Assembly: GCA_964513505.1 (NCBI GenBank)
Contig: CAZENL010000004.1
Coordinates: 1-62,411 of the forward strand
Length of the DNA: 62,411 nucleotides
From: an uncultured Anaerolineaceae bacterium
GTDB taxonomy: Bacteria; Chloroflexota; Limnocylindria; Limnocylindrales; CSP1-4
Direction: 5' to 3'
Positions 26,620 through 35,706 of this stretch are shown in pieces (the stretch's first letter is position 1; every line of letters begins with the position of its first letter). The notes under the pieces are model-generated. The model did not search any database, was not told the origin of the DNA, and saw nothing but the letters and a program-made list of their open reading frames with translations. Made by a program: the position numbers and the translations under genes.

Positions 26620-27125
26620 CGAAGAAAGCCACCGCACGGCTCAGCGCCGCCGCATCCGCCAAGCTGCTAGAAGAAGTCGAAGAATGGCGCCGCGAAGCAA
26701 AGGCCAGCGATCAACAAGTCACCCGCCGGACTGAAGAGCTGCTCCAAGCCCAGCAGCGCATCCGGGATATGGGGAAGGAGCTCGACGAGGCGCGCGGCAA
26801 GATCACCGAGCGCGAGAAGGATTTGATGGGCGATCTGCAATCGAAGGAGCGGGCGGTCAACAAGCTCAAATCGAAGCTGTTCTCCTGCCTTCAGGAGCTG
26901 TGGGCGACGAAAGGCTATCTCGCCCGGGTGGCCGAGGACGATGCGATCCGGGAGCTGGGGCCTTCAGCGCCGGCGCCCGTCTCGGAGGCCCGGCTTCCAC
27001 CCCCGGCGCCAGTCAGCCGGCGCATGGGCCCGGGCTTCCTTGCCCCGGAGGAGCCCGCCCCGGTCGATCCCCATGCTTTCGGCCGGGATCAGCGCCCTCC
27101 GCCCACGCCTTGGTTCAATCTCTGA
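26616..27125 (+). CDS. coiled-coil hypothetical protein
   Basis: ATGA-coupled; heptad-rich with a Pro-rich tail. Confidence 0.6.
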   Translation: MTKKATARLSAAASAKLLEEVEEWRREAKASDQQVTRRTEELLQAQQRIRDMGKELDEARGKITEREKDLMGDLQSKERAVNKLKSKLFSCLQELWATKGYLARVAEDDAIRELGPSAPAPVSEARLPPPAPVSRRMGPGFLAPEEPAPVDPHAFGRDQRPPPTPWFNL

Positions 27126-27233
27126 GGCCAGCGCCTCACAGCCACGGCGATCCCCCTGCTCCGGCAACGGTGCAGGGGGCCCGGCCCAGCCGGCCGCTGT
27201 AGCCCCTCCCTAGAGCCAGGTCCCTGATCGACC

Positions 27234-27258
27234 GGAACCGGCCCGGCCGGGGGGCGTT
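27234..27258 (+). promoter_or_regulatory. EcfG (sigmaT/RpoE2) general-stress promoter
   Basis: GGAAC-N16-CGTT, 38 nt before the DUF3309 ATG. Confidence 0.7.
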
Positions 27259-27296
27259 CCTTCTGATCGATTTCCCGCGAAAAGAAGGATTTCCCC

Positions 27297-27452
27297 ATGC
27301 TCGGCCCGATCCTGCTCGTCTTGCTTGTTCTCGCCCTGATCGGCGCTTGGCCTTCCTGGCCGCATTCCGCCGGCTGGGGATACGGCCCCTCCGGCGGCCT
27401 GGGCCTTCTCCTGATCGTTCTGCTGGTGCTGCTATTCGCCGGCCGCCTCTGA
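27297..27452 (+). CDS. DUF3309-family small membrane protein (below ORF-track cutoff)
   Basis: Hand translation MLGPILLVLLVLALIGAWPSWPHSAGWGYGPSGGLGLLLIVLLVLLFAGRL; AAGGA RBS. Confidence 0.85.
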   Translation: MLGPILLVLLVLALIGAWPSWPHSAGWGYGPSGGLGLLLIVLLVLLFAGRL

Positions 27453-27555
27453 GGCTTGTCCCGATCGATTGACCGTGCGACCAATCGATTCGCGGGTGCC
27501 GAGACGGGCGGCCTCGGCCCGCCCCTGATCCAGCCGCCAGCAGCAAGGGCATCCC

Positions 27556-27762
27556 ATGAGCGGCCAGCAGACCGGCAAAGTGAAGTTTTTCAACGAGGCG
27601 AAGGCCTTCGGTTTCATCGCCCCCGATGGCGGCGGGAAGGATATCTTCGTGCACAAGACCGGTCTCGGCCGGGGCGTCGTTCTCACCGAAGGCCAGAAGG
27701 TGAGCTTCCGGACCGAGAGCGATCAGAAGGGCGTCAAGGCGGTTGACGTCGAGCTGGGCTGA
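27556..27762 (+). CDS. cspA: cold-shock domain protein (CspA family)
   Basis: TGKVKFFNEAKAFGFI (RNP1), DIFVH (RNP2), GQKVSF. Confidence 0.95.
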   Translation: MSGQQTGKVKFFNEAKAFGFIAPDGGGKDIFVHKTGLGRGVVLTEGQKVSFRTESDQKGVKAVDVELG

Positions 27763-27835
27763 AAAGAAAAAGGCGGCCGGGGATTAAGCCGGCCGCCAGT
27801 TAAGGGAGGAAACGCCCAGGAAGGGCGGCGGCTTC
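27763..27835 (-). ncRNA. alpha-r8/suhB (MmgR-like) small RNA
   Basis: Minus strand: hairpin CGCCC-UUCCU-GGGCG, then UUUCCUCCCU, UAACU, and terminator GGCGGCCGG-N8-CCGGCCGCC-UUUUU. 5' end is approximate. Confidence 0.75.
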
Positions 27836-27890
27836 GCAATCAAGGATCGCAATACCGCGCGGGAGTTCTCTACCACATCGCCGGAAAGAA

Positions 27891-27919
27891 AAAAGGCCCC
27901 GAGCTGATCGGGGCCTTTT
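27891..27919. terminator. bidirectional intrinsic terminator ending the late operon
   Basis: AAAAGGCCCC-N9-GGGGCCTTTT. Confidence 0.8.
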
Positions 27920-27941
27920 GAGTTTCGAGCATGGAGGAGTG

Positions 27942-28391
27942 CTAGGGACACGACTGAAGTGGATACTGAAGCCCGGCCGACACCCTCATATAGCTGACCT
28001 GAAGGTCGCTGATTTGCGCCGATATACTTTCAGCCAAAGGGGTATTGTTGGCGCGCCGAGCGGAACACTCCGTCGCGTGCATCCCGATAATCTGCCCGGC
28101 GATGATCGTCGCCTTTAGATCGTTGGTGTCAGCGCGCATCGCCGTCTTCATTTCAGCAATGCTCGCCTCGGCAGTTTTGAAGCGGGCGTTTACATCGGCC
28201 GCCTGGGCGAAGCCCATAAAACCGAAGGTGTTGAGGAAGCCCCACATCGCCGCCGCCTGAAGCATCGCCAGGCCATAGCCGCAGACGATCGAGTAGGCCA
28301 CTGTGGTGCGCCAGCGATACTCCGGCGTCGGGGCGCCATCCTCCGGCGGCTTCAGAGCCGCGGCGACGTCTTTGATGAAATCGGTCGGCAT
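27942..28391 (-). CDS. membrane protein of the lysis region
   Basis: N-terminal TM followed by a helical domain. Confidence 0.6.
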   Translation of the reverse strand: MPTDFIKDVAAALKPPEDGAPTPEYRWRTTVAYSIVCGYGLAMLQAAAMWGFLNTFGFMGFAQAADVNARFKTAEASIAEMKTAMRADTNDLKATIIAGQIIGMHATECSARRANNTPLAESISAQISDLQVSYMRVSAGLQYPLQSCP

Positions 28392-28403
28392 GGCGATCGA
28401 TCC

Positions 28404-28739
28404 TTATTTGATGAAACTGTGGAAGAGGGAAATGGCTGCGAAGATCATCGCGGCGGCCCCAACGATCCAGCCCCAGCCATCGCTAATCCCGCGGCCGCGC
28501 CCTTCTCTCTGATCGCTGTTGGAAGTCACCCGCGAAAGGCGGTCGTTTATGGCGGCGGTGATCCCGCTGGAGGCATTCTCAGCTTTGAGATTGGCTTCCT
28601 TCGCGGCGGCGAGAGCGGCGTCAACGGCTTTGCCGTTGTCTTCAAATCGCTGCGAATGGCGCTTGTCTACCGCCTCGATCTTTTCTTCGAGGCGGAGGAC
28701 GATCTGGTCGATGAGTTCGCGCGAATGGCGCTTCGACAA
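28404..28739 (-). CDS. coiled-coil protein with C-terminal TM
   Basis: TTG start with GGAG; ends WGWIVGAAAMIFAAISLF. Confidence 0.6.
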   Translation of the reverse strand: MSKRHSRELIDQIVLRLEEKIEAVDKRHSQRFEDNGKAVDAALAAAKEANLKAENASSGITAAINDRLSRVTSNSDQREGRGRGISDGWGWIVGAAAMIFAAISLFHSFIK

Positions 28740-28762
28740 GACCGTCTCTCCATGGGTAGCAT

Positions 28763-29089
28763 TTAAGAGGTTGCGGCGGCCGCCTGCTTGGCCTTGATAT
28801 CGGCCATGAGAGTTTCGTAGGCCGATTCCTCGCCCACCGCATAGGCGTCGAGCTCGGTCTGCGTCGGCGGCGTGCTGCTCTGGAACTGAGCGTAGAGCTT
28901 CTCGGCCTCCGGGATGCCGGCCTCGATGCCCTGGGCGATCTTCACGCCGATGGCGATCGCGGCGCCGGAGCCGGGGAAGGCGACGCCAAGCACCGTCTCA
29001 AGGACGGGCAGCGCGTCGGAAAGAACGGAGACGGCTTGGTCGAGCTCGGAGGGGGCCGCGGCGGCGGCCTGGGTGGCGGGATCGCTCAA
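28763..29089 (-). CDS. hypothetical protein of the lysis region
   Basis: ATGA/TGA-coupled to the lipoprotein. Confidence 0.6.
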   Translation of the reverse strand: MSDPATQAAAAAPSELDQAVSVLSDALPVLETVLGVAFPGSGAAIAIGVKIAQGIEAGIPEAEKLYAQFQSSTPPTQTELDAYAVGEESAYETLMADIKAKQAAAATS

Positions 29090-29472
29090 TGGGAAACTCC
29101 TTGCAAGGTGGCGTAGCTGTTGTAAGCGGCGAGCGCCTCGTTGAAGGCGGCCAGCGCGATCGCGGTCAGCGCGCTATTGCCGGAGCTGTTCGCCTGCTCG
29201 GCCTTGACGAGGGCGTTGTGGACGGCCGGCACCAGCACGCTCAGCTCGGAGAGCACCGCCGGGCTGGGGTTGCCGTTCTTGACATAGAGATCGAGCGCCT
29301 TCTCGGCGAGCGTTGTGGCCTGGGCGGCTTCGGCGACCGTCTTCGCCTGCGTCGGCGATGCGCCGCTGGTGGCGACCACCACATCGGAGACGGCGCTGCT
29401 GAACCATGTGCAGCCGGAAAGAGAGAACGCGGCGGCGAGGGCCAGGCCGGCGACGAGGGTCTTGAGGCGCAT
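29086..29472 (-). CDS. lipoprotein, possible spanin component
   Basis: Lipobox SLSG-C; lies after holin and endolysin. Confidence 0.65.
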   Translation of the reverse strand: MRLKTLVAGLALAAAFSLSGCTWFSSAVSDVVVATSGASPTQAKTVAEAAQATTLAEKALDLYVKNGNPSPAVLSELSVLVPAVHNALVKAEQANSSGNSALTAIALAAFNEALAAYNSYATLQGVSH

Positions 29473-29481
29473 GGGGACTCC

Positions 29482-29733
29482 TTAGAGCTTGGCCGCTGCC
29501 GAGGGCGTGACGGTCGTGGTGTAGAAGGTCTTGGCGATGATGGTCGACAGGCCGCCGATGATGGTGATGGCGATCGTCGCGTCATGTGCATAAGGCGCCG
29601 GCAGGAAAGGGGCGACCTGATTGAGCAGCTCGTTTGCCGAGACGAGGAAGGCGGTCGCGCCGGCGAGCCAGTTGACCTTCGAGGCCCAGGCTGACTTGAC
29701 GGTGACGGTGACTGGCTGGCCGCTTGAGCTCAT
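29482..29733 (-). CDS. putative holin
   Basis: 83 aa, two TMs, KSAWASKVNW motif, next to the endolysin. Confidence 0.6.
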   Translation of the reverse strand: MSSSGQPVTVTVKSAWASKVNWLAGATAFLVSANELLNQVAPFLPAPYAHDATIAITIIGGLSTIIAKTFYTTTVTPSAAAKL

Positions 29734-29786
29734 CGATCGATCCCCTTCGATTCCTTCGGCAAGCTACGTCCGGGGATGGCTCCGGG

Positions 29787-30314
29787 TCAATGCCCGTCAA
29801 CAGACCAGTGCGGCGCGTCGGCCGGCAGCTTTATGACGCCGAAGCTGGCCCCGATCGGCCAAAGATCGGCCTGGGCGGCGCAGGAATGAACGATCCCGCG
29901 CGCATCGGCCACCCGGATGGAGCCCTTCCATGAAACCGTCATGTCGATCGCCTGCCGCTTGGTGTGCTGGCTTACGAGCGCGGCAGGATAGGCGATCCCA
30001 TACCCCTCCTTCATGGCGGTGGCCGCCAGCCTGGCGCCGGTGTAATCGCCGGCATGGGTCCAGTCGATATCGACGCCGGCGAGCACAGGCACATCGGCCG
30101 GCTGCACTTCGCCGCTGGCGATCATGCAGCACCAGTGCATGAGGAAGGCCCGCTCGCTCGGCCGCCATGTCGCCCCGATCGAGATGGCGGCGCCGGCGCC
30201 CTCCAGCGACGCGATGAAGGAACGGACGCTATTCTGGAAGGGCTGGGCCAGATCCTCGATCGCCGCGCTGCCGGGGAAGCGAGGGCACCATTGCGGTCCT
30301 GAGAATTCCAGCAT
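29787..30314 (-). CDS. peptidase M15-like endolysin
   Basis: ATWRP, SQHTKRQAID (SxHx6D), DAPHWS. Confidence 0.75.
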   Translation of the reverse strand: MLEFSGPQWCPRFPGSAAIEDLAQPFQNSVRSFIASLEGAGAAISIGATWRPSERAFLMHWCCMIASGEVQPADVPVLAGVDIDWTHAGDYTGARLAATAMKEGYGIAYPAALVSQHTKRQAIDMTVSWKGSIRVADARGIVHSCAAQADLWPIGASFGVIKLPADAPHWSVDGH

Positions 30315-30323
30315 GTCGCGCTC

Positions 30324-33300
30324 CTAGTTATAGATGAAGGTGGCGGTGGCCACGCCGCCGTCGCCGGGGACGTTACCAGAACCGCCGCCGCCATCGGCGC
30401 CGCCGCCGCCCGAGCCGCTCCCTGATCCGCCGCCGGCGCCAACGCTGCCAACGCCACCGGGTGTGCCGGCTGCGCCGCCAGTCTGCACCGAGCCAGTCGG
30501 CACGGCCGTGCCGGTTTGCGTCGCTGTCCCGCCGGCGCCAAAGCCGGCCGCCACGGCGCCAACGCCGCCATGGCTGGTCAGCGTGAGCGTGCCGGCATGG
30601 ATCGGGCCCGTCACGGTCGAAACGACGCCGCTGGTCCCGGTGGTATTGGTGCCCAGAGCGCCCGGCCCGGCCGCGCCCAGGGACCAATTCAAGCTGCCCC
30701 CATTATCGAAAGCCGGCGTGAGCGGATAGGTGACGTCATTGAGGCCGCCTTCGCCAGAGCCGCCGCCCCATGTGGTGCCATCGCCGCAGGCGCCGGCGGC
30801 GCCGGAGCCCTGAAGAAGTATCTGCACGGAAGTCGCGCCGGCGGGAATGGTGTCGGTTCCGGTGAGAGCTGCTCCCCCAACCGCGCCCATATAGCTCCGC
30901 GTGACAGGGAAGGCGGGCGTGCCGCCGCTGATATTCAGGTTGAAGGTGGCGAGGTTGCCGAGCTGGAAGGAAATGTCCTGAGCGGCGATGACGAAATCCC
31001 AATTCCCGGGCCCGACCGCGGCCGTGGTGGCGGCGGTGGTGCGGCTGGCCGTGCTCAGCAGCGTGAAGCCGGTCGGGAAGACATTGCCGTGCGGCCCATA
31101 ATAGATGTTGTAGCCGCGCACCGAATTGAAGGGCAGATCAATCCAAGTCAGGTTGACCACGTTGCCGCTCTGCGTCGCGCCGAAGCCGGAGACGGCTGGG
31201 AGCTTCGGGGGCGCGCCCAGGGTGATCGTATAGGGCGAAACATCGCTCAGGCTTTGCAGGCCGCCGCCGCGATTGTTGATCGCCAAGATTTTGAAATACA
31301 TCGTCTGCCCGACCTGATCGGGCGTGAAGGGGATGCGGCCGAGGAGGGCGTCGATCTTGACGAAGGGATCGCCGGTCAGATGGCCGACGATCGCCGAGCC
31401 CTGCTGGCCGCGCCGCAAATAGGTTGTGAGGTCGTAATGGTTCGCCGAGGTCAGCGTCGCCGTCGAATAGCTGACATACTCGAGCCCGGCCGCGCCGCCC
31501 ACCATGCAGACGGTGTTGCCCTGATCCGCGTCGGTATTGCTCCCGCTCCCCAGCTCGCCCGCGCTCTGGGCGAGATTGACGGAGAGCGTGTTGACGCCAT
31601 CGGGATCGGCGCCGGCCGGGAAATTGGCCGTGAGGAGGCCCATGGTGGTGGCGCCATTCACGGAGTCGATCAGCTTGTAGGGGCCGCCGGAATCGCTGGC
31701 GCCCCAGATTTGCGCGCCGCCGAAGATCGCCGGGCTGCTCCCGGAAATCGCCACGCCCATTTCGAGGCCTTGGTTGGTGGCCAGCGCCGGCGGAATGGCG
31801 AAGACGATCGGATCATTCACATCGCCCGGGTCCACATCAAAGTCCGGATCGAAGCCGCTGCCTGGCTTGAGCGTGAACTGCGCCGGCAGGCCCGCGCTAT
31901 CGACGAAAATCTCGGCGGTGCAATCGAAGCCGCCATCATCGCGCTCGTCGATCTGGGTCAGCCGCACCGGAATGCGGGTGATGCCGGGGAAGTTCGGATC
32001 GGTGACAGTCTCGAAATCCATCGGGTCGAAAAGGACATATCGCGGATCGACGGAGAATTTGGCGGTGTTGCTGATCGCCTCGTCTTGGAGCTGGAGGAAG
32101 GCGCTGGTGTTGGCCGCATTGAGGTCGCAAAACATCTGCGCCGAAGCGGTGCCCTGCGGCGAGCGCTCCCCATATTGCTGGCGATGGGCCATATCGAAGG
32201 CGGTGGCCTCCGCCGGCGCGTACTGATTGGCGCGATCGAGGCAATCGAGGCGAAAGGTGTTGACCTGATCGAGGATGTTCTTGCGGCTGATCTGGACCGG
32301 ATCGTTGCCCGTCTCGATAAAATCGTCATATCCAAGATCGAAGTCGGGCGCGGTGTCGGGCGTGAAAGTGTAGCCATTCGCGGTCAGGGCATTGACGCTG
32401 CGCGGGATGAACTGGATCACGCCTGAGGACTCGACCACATCGGCATAGGTGTTCGTGACAATCTCGTCGATCATCGAGCTCGCATTGGTCTGCGAGCTAT
32501 AGGCGGGGGAAATCCAGAGCCCCAGCGCCAGCGATGAGTTCTGATATTTGGTCAGCGCGACGATCGAGGCATATCGGACATGTGGGTGCGTGCCGGAGAG
32601 CGAGCTGTGGAAGGTATATTCGCCCGTTGTCTCGTTGAAGGCATACTCGGTGGCGGCCGCCGGCACGCCGGCGACGCATGTCAGGAGGGCGCCCGCGGCG
32701 TTGGTGGCATTGATGTTGAAAAGGAAGTTCGGGACCGTCACCTTGTAGGGCGCGCCCGGCACTGTCACGGCATCATTGACGGTCGCCACATCGCCCACAT
32801 CGCCGGCCTGAAGGCCAGCGCCCTCGATCGGATCGGTGAGCAGGAAGGCGACGATCAGGCTGGGATCGGCATCGCCGCCATTCTGGCATCCGTTGCCGCC
32901 ATAGGTGCCCGGCGCGCTGCCGGCGAATATCCAGCCGCCCTCGAAATTGTAGCTCGGGATATTGGCCGAAGTGCCGAGATTGGCGTCGGGCACGCCCAGA
33001 TAGGCGATCCCGCTGTAGCCGATCGCCTCGGTCGGATGGTTGGAGACGAGGAAGCTCCAGGGCGATTGCCCGATCAGCCCGTCGAATAGGCTGAAGGGCG
33101 CGTAGCCAGCTTGGAGGGTCTGGGAAATCCAAGTGTTGTAGATGTTCGCGATCCCGCTCGGGCCGCCTGAGCTGAGCCCGTAAGCGAAGCTGGCGAGATA
33201 CTGCGTTTGTGATCCAGCGCCGCCGCCCTTGCCGCCGCCGCCGATGATGCCGCCCTTGCCGCCGCCGCTGCTGGGATTGTTGACGGTGATGGATTTAAAA

Positions 33301-33449
33301 TCACCATACCAAAGCAGATTGCCCGCCTGGCGCGATGTGCCGAAATAAAGCGGGATGCAAATGCCATAGACCGAAGACTGGATCGGCATCTTCGTGAGCG
33401 TTGGCGGCGCGGTGGTTTTGAGGCTGGTCCCAGCTCCGAAGAACGCCAT
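30324..33449 (-). CDS. tail tip/host-specificity protein (J-like)
   Basis: SVYGICIPLYFGT..AGNLLWYGDF; phage-tail_3-like centre; FN3-like domain; Gly-rich C-terminus. Confidence 0.85.
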   Translation of the reverse strand: MAFFGAGTSLKTTAPPTLTKMPIQSSVYGICIPLYFGTSRQAGNLLWYGDFKSITVNNPSSGGGKGGIIGGGGKGGGAGSQTQYLASFAYGLSSGGPSGIANIYNTWISQTLQAGYAPFSLFDGLIGQSPWSFLVSNHPTEAIGYSGIAYLGVPDANLGTSANIPSYNFEGGWIFAGSAPGTYGGNGCQNGGDADPSLIVAFLLTDPIEGAGLQAGDVGDVATVNDAVTVPGAPYKVTVPNFLFNINATNAAGALLTCVAGVPAAATEYAFNETTGEYTFHSSLSGTHPHVRYASIVALTKYQNSSLALGLWISPAYSSQTNASSMIDEIVTNTYADVVESSGVIQFIPRSVNALTANGYTFTPDTAPDFDLGYDDFIETGNDPVQISRKNILDQVNTFRLDCLDRANQYAPAEATAFDMAHRQQYGERSPQGTASAQMFCDLNAANTSAFLQLQDEAISNTAKFSVDPRYVLFDPMDFETVTDPNFPGITRIPVRLTQIDERDDGGFDCTAEIFVDSAGLPAQFTLKPGSGFDPDFDVDPGDVNDPIVFAIPPALATNQGLEMGVAISGSSPAIFGGAQIWGASDSGGPYKLIDSVNGATTMGLLTANFPAGADPDGVNTLSVNLAQSAGELGSGSNTDADQGNTVCMVGGAAGLEYVSYSTATLTSANHYDLTTYLRRGQQGSAIVGHLTGDPFVKIDALLGRIPFTPDQVGQTMYFKILAINNRGGGLQSLSDVSPYTITLGAPPKLPAVSGFGATQSGNVVNLTWIDLPFNSVRGYNIYYGPHGNVFPTGFTLLSTASRTTAATTAAVGPGNWDFVIAAQDISFQLGNLATFNLNISGGTPAFPVTRSYMGAVGGAALTGTDTIPAGATSVQILLQGSGAAGACGDGTTWGGGSGEGGLNDVTYPLTPAFDNGGSLNWSLGAAGPGALGTNTTGTSGVVSTVTGPIHAGTLTLTSHGGVGAVAAGFGAGGTATQTGTAVPTGSVQTGGAAGTPGGVGSVGAGGGSGSGSGGGGADGGGGSGNVPGDGGVATATFIYN

Positions 33450-33450
33450 C

Positions 33451-33957
33451 TTATGTCCACCCCTTGAGGGCGAAGAAGCGCCGCGGCCGTGGCTGATTGC
33501 GGAGCGCCCTTATCTCAAAGACGCTGTTCAGATAGCCGGCTCTGTCCGCATCCTCGAAGCTGACCGGCCGGGCGGTATAGGCATGGAGGACGCGGGGCCA
33601 TTCGACCACGATCGCGCCATGGGAGAATGTCCAGCCCATCCGCCAGAGCACAAGATCGCCGGGCTTGACGGCGCGCTCCGGCGGGGCGGCAACCTCGTCG
33701 CAATATCGCAGGATCGCGTTCATGTAGAGCTCGGCCTCGGCTTCCTTGCCGGGCTCCGGCTTGTTCATGTGCCAGTCTTTTGAATAGTGCGGCAGCTTGG
33801 CGATCGGCGGGATCAGCCCAGCGTTCTCGAAGGCACCGACGAGGAATGTCAGGCAATCGGCGCCGGCGCCCTTAACGCGCGCCTCCGGGTGATAGGGCGT
33901 GCCCTGCCATTCGATCGCCTCGGCGACCAGCTTCGCGCGCTCCAGCTCCTCGGTCAT
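33451..33957 (-). CDS. NlpC/P60 tail peptidase
   Basis: WQGTPYH..GADCLTFL, SHGAIV; start MTEELE. Confidence 0.9.
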   Translation of the reverse strand: MTEELERAKLVAEAIEWQGTPYHPEARVKGAGADCLTFLVGAFENAGLIPPIAKLPHYSKDWHMNKPEPGKEAEAELYMNAILRYCDEVAAPPERAVKPGDLVLWRMGWTFSHGAIVVEWPRVLHAYTARPVSFEDADRAGYLNSVFEIRALRNQPRPRRFFALKGWT

Positions 33958-34865
33958 ACGCCCACCACCGGCTGAGGGATGAAGGGCTGTCCGCGATAGC
34001 GCAGCGCGACATTCGTGGCGTTGTAGAATTTCGGGCACCCGTTGACGCCGGTCAGGGATTTATCGCAGCCCTGATAAAGCGTGAAAGTGTCGCCGACGCC
34101 CAGCGCGCCAGGCAGCGGGTTCAAAAGCGTGATGTTGGCATTCGCGCCGGCGCCGCATGTCCGCACCGTGCGCTTATTCCCGTTCAAGGCTCCGCTGGTG
34201 ATCAGCACCATCCCGAGATTGTAGAGCCCGGCCGGCGCGTTGCCGGCGACATTGGCCGCCACGATCTTGTTCGGCGTGCAGCCGGCGGCGGCCGCGCAAT
34301 TCTCCTTAAAGGCGTTGATGTTCACGCCGCAGGCGGTGTCGCCCAGATTGTTCAAGCACCCCGACTCATAGACATTCCGCGGGAGCTGCTGGTTGAGGAG
34401 CTGCTTCTTGCTGTTGACGGTGAAGGTGACGAAGGACTGGCCGATCGGATCGGGCTGGGCGATCAGGCCGATGAATTTGCGGATCAGGCCGACGCGGGTA
34501 TCGCCATAAGTCGGCATGTTGGCCTGAAGGAGCTGGACCTTCGCGCCGTCGAATATCCCCTCATAGCAGGCTTGGAGGAAAGGCAGCGAGCCGATCATGG
34601 CGGCGCCGGGAATCACATCGAATGTCAGCGTGTCCACTTCGGTGCCGACGCGCCAAGAGCACTTCGCCTTGCTCCCGCTCCGATCGAAATATGGCCCCGT
34701 TTGCCCGCCGGCGGAATAGAGCTCGCCATCGCCGGTCACATCGACGTCGCCATTGGTGTAGAGCAGCCGCCCGCCGCCGTTGGCCAGATCGATCTTCCAA
34801 AGATCGACTTGGAAATAGCGCCGGGTGGCGAAGAGGGTGAGGAGCTCCGGGCTGACTGGCTTCAT
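33954..34865 (-). CDS. DUF2163 hub protein (GTA-like)
   Basis: Start MKPVSP; CLNNLGDTACGVN, GDTFTLYQGCDKS...C..F..RGQPFIP. Confidence 0.85.
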   Translation of the reverse strand: MKPVSPELLTLFATRRYFQVDLWKIDLANGGGRLLYTNGDVDVTGDGELYSAGGQTGPYFDRSGSKAKCSWRVGTEVDTLTFDVIPGAAMIGSLPFLQACYEGIFDGAKVQLLQANMPTYGDTRVGLIRKFIGLIAQPDPIGQSFVTFTVNSKKQLLNQQLPRNVYESGCLNNLGDTACGVNINAFKENCAAAAGCTPNKIVAANVAGNAPAGLYNLGMVLITSGALNGNKRTVRTCGAGANANITLLNPLPGALGVGDTFTLYQGCDKSLTGVNGCPKFYNATNVALRYRGQPFIPQPVVGV

Positions 34866-35071
34866 CCGGCGAGCTTCTCGTCTTTGGCGATGCTGGAGAG
34901 GATGGCCGGCGTCTCGATCGAGCAATCCTCGCCGAAGAAGGCCAGGATGCCGCCCGGCTTGCCGAAGGCCTTCCCGATGAGCCGGCGCGCCTCGATGACA
35001 GTCGGCGCCGCGACGCGGGCGCTTACGAGCTGCCGATCCTTGTCCGTGCAGTTGAAAATCCAAAGCTTCAT
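34862..35071 (-). CDS. small hypothetical inserted in the tail-tip module
   Basis: ATGA overlaps at both ends. Confidence 0.6.
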   Translation of the reverse strand: MKLWIFNCTDKDRQLVSARVAAPTVIEARRLIGKAFGKPGGILAFFGEDCSIETPAILSSIAKDEKLAG

Positions 35072-35706
35072 TTCAGGCTCGTGAAGGTTTGCTTGTCCAG
35101 CTTGTAGATATTCTGCCCGAAGCGGCCGAAGTCCATCGTGTCATCGTCGAAGGAGCAGGGGAAGTAGTAGCTGAAGTCAGCGGTGATCGGCAACGCGGCC
35201 GCCGGCACATGGCCGGCGAGGAAGGTGACGAGGCCCGGCGTCCCTGAGCTCCAATCCGTCACCGAATAGTCCACCCCCTGCGTCTTCAGGACGGCGTTCA
35301 CATAGAGGTTGAAAGTGGCGCCGAGGTTGGGCGCGAGGATCGGCGCCGTCGCGCCGCCCGATGTGCGCTGGAGCTGATAGGTGGTGGCCAGCAGCCCGCT
35401 GGTGTTGGCGATCGCCTGGCCGACTACGACATTGTCGTTCGGGTCTTGGAAGAGGAAGGAATCGAAGGCGCCCTTGAGCTTCTCGAAGAAGCCGCGGAGC
35501 TGCTCCAGCTCGGTGAAGGTGCTCGGCCCGAACAGGCCTGTGCGGAGGAAGTTGAAAGTAACCGTCCACTGATACAGCGGCGACGCCCATTGCGCGATCG
35601 AGACGATCTTGCCGCTGACCGCCTTCGGCTTGCGGGTCGAGAACATCGAGGTCCGGTCGATCGTAATGTCGCGGCCCTTGAGGGTCGGGAAAACGGTGGT
35701 GCTCAT
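35068..35706 (-). CDS. DUF2460 distal tail protein
   Basis: GFFEKLKGAFDSFLFQDPND, ITADFSYYFPCSFDDD. Confidence 0.85.
   Translation of the reverse strand: MSTTVFPTLKGRDITIDRTSMFSTRKPKAVSGKIVSIAQWASPLYQWTVTFNFLRTGLFGPSTFTELEQLRGFFEKLKGAFDSFLFQDPNDNVVVGQAIANTSGLLATTYQLQRTSGGATAPILAPNLGATFNLYVNAVLKTQGVDYSVTDWSSGTPGLVTFLAGHVPAAALPITADFSYYFPCSFDDDTMDFGRFGQNIYKLDKQTFTSLK

Noticed and set aside
27556-27762. cspA and DUF3309 as a sign of host chromosome flank or chimeric assembly
   Set aside because: They are embedded between phage genes on both sides and share the genome's composition.
30324-30900. Collagen-like or tandem DNA repeat at the J C-terminus
   Set aside because: Gly-rich but not Gly-X-Y periodic; this is a common feature of such tail proteins.
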